From contig NC_043002.1 of NCBI RefSeq assembly GCF_006345805.1, positions 85,188,001 through 85,252,000 on the forward strand: a stretch of DNA of 64,000 nucleotides, given 5' to 3'. The translations under genes were made by a program, and so were the position numbers. The stretch is from Octopus sinensis. Lineage: Eukaryota. Positions 59,950-64,000 of this stretch are shown piece after piece. The stretch's first letter is position 1. The number at the start of each line of letters is the position of its first letter. The notes under the pieces are model-generated. The model was not told the DNA's origin, did not search any database, and worked only from the letters and a program-made list of their open reading frames with translations.

Positions 59950-62900
59950 CAATCCTAGCAGATGTAACACCTCAATGAAAACGTTCGAAAAGTGAAGTAA
60001 ATACAAAACCCTTGAAAAAGAGATTTCAAAAAATGTGGTTTCTAAGAACGACAACAGTAATTGTGATTATCGGAGCTTCGACGATCATATCCAAAGATGA
60101 TCTTAAATACTTTGATCAAATACGAGGAGATCTAAAATTATCAGCGTTCTCATGTGCACACCTCAAGTCCTAAGAAAAACACTGTTCACCTGTGAATATT
60201 TGAATATTTTTAATCATCCAAAATCTGAAATATTACGACAGACTTTGAACAAAATTATAATTTTCTGTATTTGGTTTCATTTTTCTGAATTATGTCATAG
60301 CTTTCAATAAATAACACTCAGAGAAAAGCGTCTAATTTGGTGCTTATATAGTAAAACGTTTAACTTGCTATCTGAAATCTCGAGACTTCAAACAACAATA
60401 ACGTGGAAGGAATAAGTCTCTACAGATTTTTGCGTGTAAAAATACAGGTTTCGCCAAATGACCTCAGCTAACTATCAGTCACAGTGTTTCGGTGTGATTT
60501 CGCAACCTCAGTGATGCAACTCACCTCTGTAATGTTTGCTGCGTTCTATAAATAGGAACAGTAGTACCTGTCTAGTTCCAAATGACAGAGGGGGTGAATT
60601 AGAAATTAAAAAATCCCTTAACCTGTATGAATAGTCTAAAAAATTTGATTTATTCGATAACATTATTTAGGATGTGGAGAAAACTACACAGAGCAAACCG
60701 GGTGTCGTTAAGATAGCGTATGTCTCAGCACCGATCACAAATCCAGATACTATAGTATAGATAAATAGGACTCAATACACATATAGACACGTGTGCTGGT
60801 AGGAAATTATTAAATTTTACGATTTTTCGTAAAATCAATTTGTCGATGACCATGGCAAAAGCAACACATTAACAAAAGAACATTTATAACGAAATACCAA
60901 CCACTTTTCAACCGCTGTGAGAGAAAAGACCGATATTACTACTAGTAATATTTTGTGCTTTTCCTTTGCACATAAATTGCAATTATTGCCATGACAGTTC
61001 TATGGTTTCGTATTTGTAGCCACTTTTTACTTCATGGGGGTTATTTTCTCCTCTGATATTTAGGTACGAAATATATTTCGATATCTGGAAGAATGGTTAT
61101 CCTGTGTATATCGTATTTTAAAGGAGAATTCAGTTAATTTGATATATCTTTTATCCGTGCAATCTACTGATTTTTACATTGGTTCGATATACTAGCTCCT
61201 TCGACAGACATTTTCTGTAAAGGAGGCTATTAGTTACAATGCTACATTTACATGCCAAATGAATTATGTTTGCTGAAAAAGTTTTGAGATGAGATATGCA
61301 TAAATTTATTCATACATAAATCATCTCAAATTTATAATAATTCAATGACGATCGACGAGTCTTTTGCAAGTTTTGGATTTCCAGTCAGTGTAGACATGAT
61401 TGTGTGCATAAGAATTTCACTTCAGAATTACATGACTTTGGGTTCGCCCTCACTACGTAATAATTTGGAAAATTGTCTTCTACCATTGCCTCAGATTGAT
61501 CAAAGATTTGTTAATTAAAACTGTTCGTCAAGACCAATATGGAAGCTCATCGGAGTATTCGTTCCTTTGCATTGGGGAGGGGGACAAACCGGTTTAACAC
61601 AACTATCTGGCTCATAGGCACCTTTTGCGAGTACCCAAATTAAGTACTCACTTTGAGGACAACTCTATCCTTTTCTTCCATCAGTATCCAAAATCCTGGA
61701 AAGGGACATGGGTGTTGCATTTTCTTCTCTGACTAAACAGTTAGAGTAAAAATATTAACTTGCCGCTGACTTACTTGTAAAAGTCATTCTAGTTAATGCT
61801 ATCTCTTAAAGCAGTTGTTCTAATAAAACGCATATTTTCCCAATTCATTCGTGCGTAGAGAACAATACAATCCTTACATTTAATACTACTTAAATGCACA
61901 GTTTCTATCGGGTAAACCAACTAGTTGATATGTGCAATATAGCTGATTGTAGTTTACTTTTTTTAATATTTGAACACGCTCCAAAACGAAATCTAGTTAT
62001 TATGTTACATAATGCCACTAAACATGGTAAATCGAAGACAAAAACCTTTCGATCCAAAGTCTACAATCGAATTCCTCACACTTACATCTACGTGACTTTG
62101 GAAAAGCTAGTGCACAAAACATTTTTACATTCTTTGCGTAGGACGCTTCTTCCTTTTCTCTTTGCTCTTCAAGTGAAGGAAATTTATAGGAAATATTAAT
62201 ATCGATTACTTTTTATTCGGCACTTGGCCAATTTCTGTTAGGGCGAATCAGAACTCGATCGAATTTCCTTTAGTATATAATAAAACAATACTGATATTTA
62301 TTTTATCGACTCCGGCCGAGCATTGAACTCAAAACATCGAAGATCGACTAATTCATTTAGTATGTCATTGTACCATTTTCTTTTCTGCCAATGAACCATA
62401 ACCTAGAAAAACATTGATTTCTTACATCGGCTTCGTGCCGATGTTTGAAATCGGTAGAAATATGATAGGAAGAGGTTGTAGTCGATTCAATCAACCTCAA
62501 AATTAAACTGGTACTTTATTTTATTGCTCTCCACTCGAAAAGATGAAAGCGAAATCGACTTCAGCGGGATTCCAACTTAGGATATAAGAAAACTGAATAA
62601 ATACCACAAGATATGTTCCTTTCCGATTCTTAACCGATTCTAACAAGCTACTATGTATAAAATATTGATTTATTACATAGGTGCCAAGCCTCGAATTTTT
62701 TGGCTGATGGTGGTGGTGGTGGAGGGTGAAGCGAACATAGTTGAGTATATGGAAGCTCCCAAAATACATGGGTGTGGGTGTGATATACGTACACACATAC
62801 TCAGCTACACTCTCGCACACCTAATATATACACAGATAAAGTTTTAGTTGTTCAAAATTATGTTTCCATATTTTACTGTGCGTCTATATATTGGTTTCAA

Positions 62901-63196
62901 GTTGGTTTCAGTTTTTGGTACATGGCCAACAATTATAGGAAGATGGGCTAGTCGATTACATCGAACCCAGTGATCAACTTTATCAACTCCGAAAAAACGA
63001 AGAGCAAAGCTGACCTCGAAAAGATGAAAAGGAAAGTCGATCCCGAAAAGGTGAAAAGCAAACACGACCTCGAAAAGTTGAAAACGGCAGAATTTCAGCT
63101 CAGATCGTAAAGTTGGATGAAGCGCCGTCCAAAGAGAAAGAAGGAAAACTAAGGAAAAATCGCTAACAAGCCATCTGCAGTTACATTTCTGAAGTG

Positions 63197-63199
<3 letters not shown>

Positions 63200-63246
<47 letters not shown>

Positions 63247-63455
63247 TATACACACACAGAGTGAGACATACACACACACACACACAATATTATATATATA
63301 TAATATATATATATATATAATATATATATATATATTATATATATATATATTATATATATATATATAATATGTATGTATGTATATATATATATATAATATA
63401 TATATAATATATATATATATATAATATATATATATATATAGTATATATATATATA

Positions 63456-63493
<38 letters not shown>

Positions 63494-63520
63494 CATGTAT
63501 GTATGTATTTATGTATGCAT

Positions 63521-63585
<65 letters not shown>

Positions 63586-63605
63586 ATATGTATATATTCA
63601 TGTAT
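63200..63605. repeat. Compound (TA)n microsatellite block
   Basis: Direct inspection. Confidence 0.95.
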
Positions 63606-63689
63606 ACATGTAAACAGAAAGCAAGGACGGAAAATTTTCAGACGATGAATATTCAAGTACAAATATTCACATATTCCTTTCCGCTATAA

Positions 63690-63880
63690 GCATAAGGCCT
63701 GAAATTGGTGGGTAGGGGAAGGGGTATGTCGATTACATCGACTTCAGCGTTTCACCGGTACCTAATTTATCGACCCCGAAAGGATGAAAGGCAAACTCGA
63801 CCCGGTGGCATTTGAACTCAGAACATGAACACAGGCGAAATATCGCTAAAGCATTTCGCCCGGTGTGCTAACGATTCTCC
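63690..63880 (-). mobile_element. Nin-domain tRNA SINE
   Basis: ggtacctaatttatcgaccccgaaaggatgaaaggcaaa...atttgaactcagaac...cgcccggtgtgctaacg. Confidence 0.7.
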
Positions 63881-64000
63881 CTTATAGATATTTATATATT
63901 ATCAGAGCAAACTTACACAAAGTCACAGAAAAATTAATGGGCAGACTCACACCCTTCCGCGCACACATGCAGACACGTACACATCCGACGTGCACACAAA

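Noticed and set aside
61894-62199. 101-aa ORF as a host exon
   Set aside because: No domain signature or clear splice boundaries, and the length is compatible with chance.

Overview
AT-rich, intron- and repeat-dominated animal genomic DNA. The repeat landscape (huge TA/CA/TACA/TAA microsatellites, CORE- and Nin-type tRNA SINEs) is most consistent with an octopod cephalopod; this is inference from memory, not a database result. Only one host gene is recognisable: a ~3.1-kb exon (438-3542, +) encoding a multi-zinc-finger protein. Its two ORFs (626-1360 and 1451-3499) are in the same frame and are separated by a single UGA. That UGA lies in the canonical leaky context UGA-CUAG and is followed by a 12-bp stem-loop, making it a strong candidate for programmed stop-codon readthrough; a weak 63-nt in-frame intron is the main alternative. 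The rest is a nested mosaic of mobile elements. These include a full-length degenerate Tx1-like LINE inserted with a 15-bp TSD into a SINE head, a Dong/R4-like element in (TAA)n, a Penelope-like RT/GIY-YIG remnant, Tc1/mariner/maT, hAT, Helitron and several foldback MITEs. The second highlight is a set of type I hammerhead ribozyme repeats. One is a 533-bp retrozyme-like tandem array folded into a ~2.6-kb palindrome (13555-16236), bracketed by a perfect 119-bp inverted repeat. Others are a 328-bp tandem dimer (41050-41670) and several solitary or minimal hammerheads. Coordinates and pairings were read by eye; no folding or homology searches were run.
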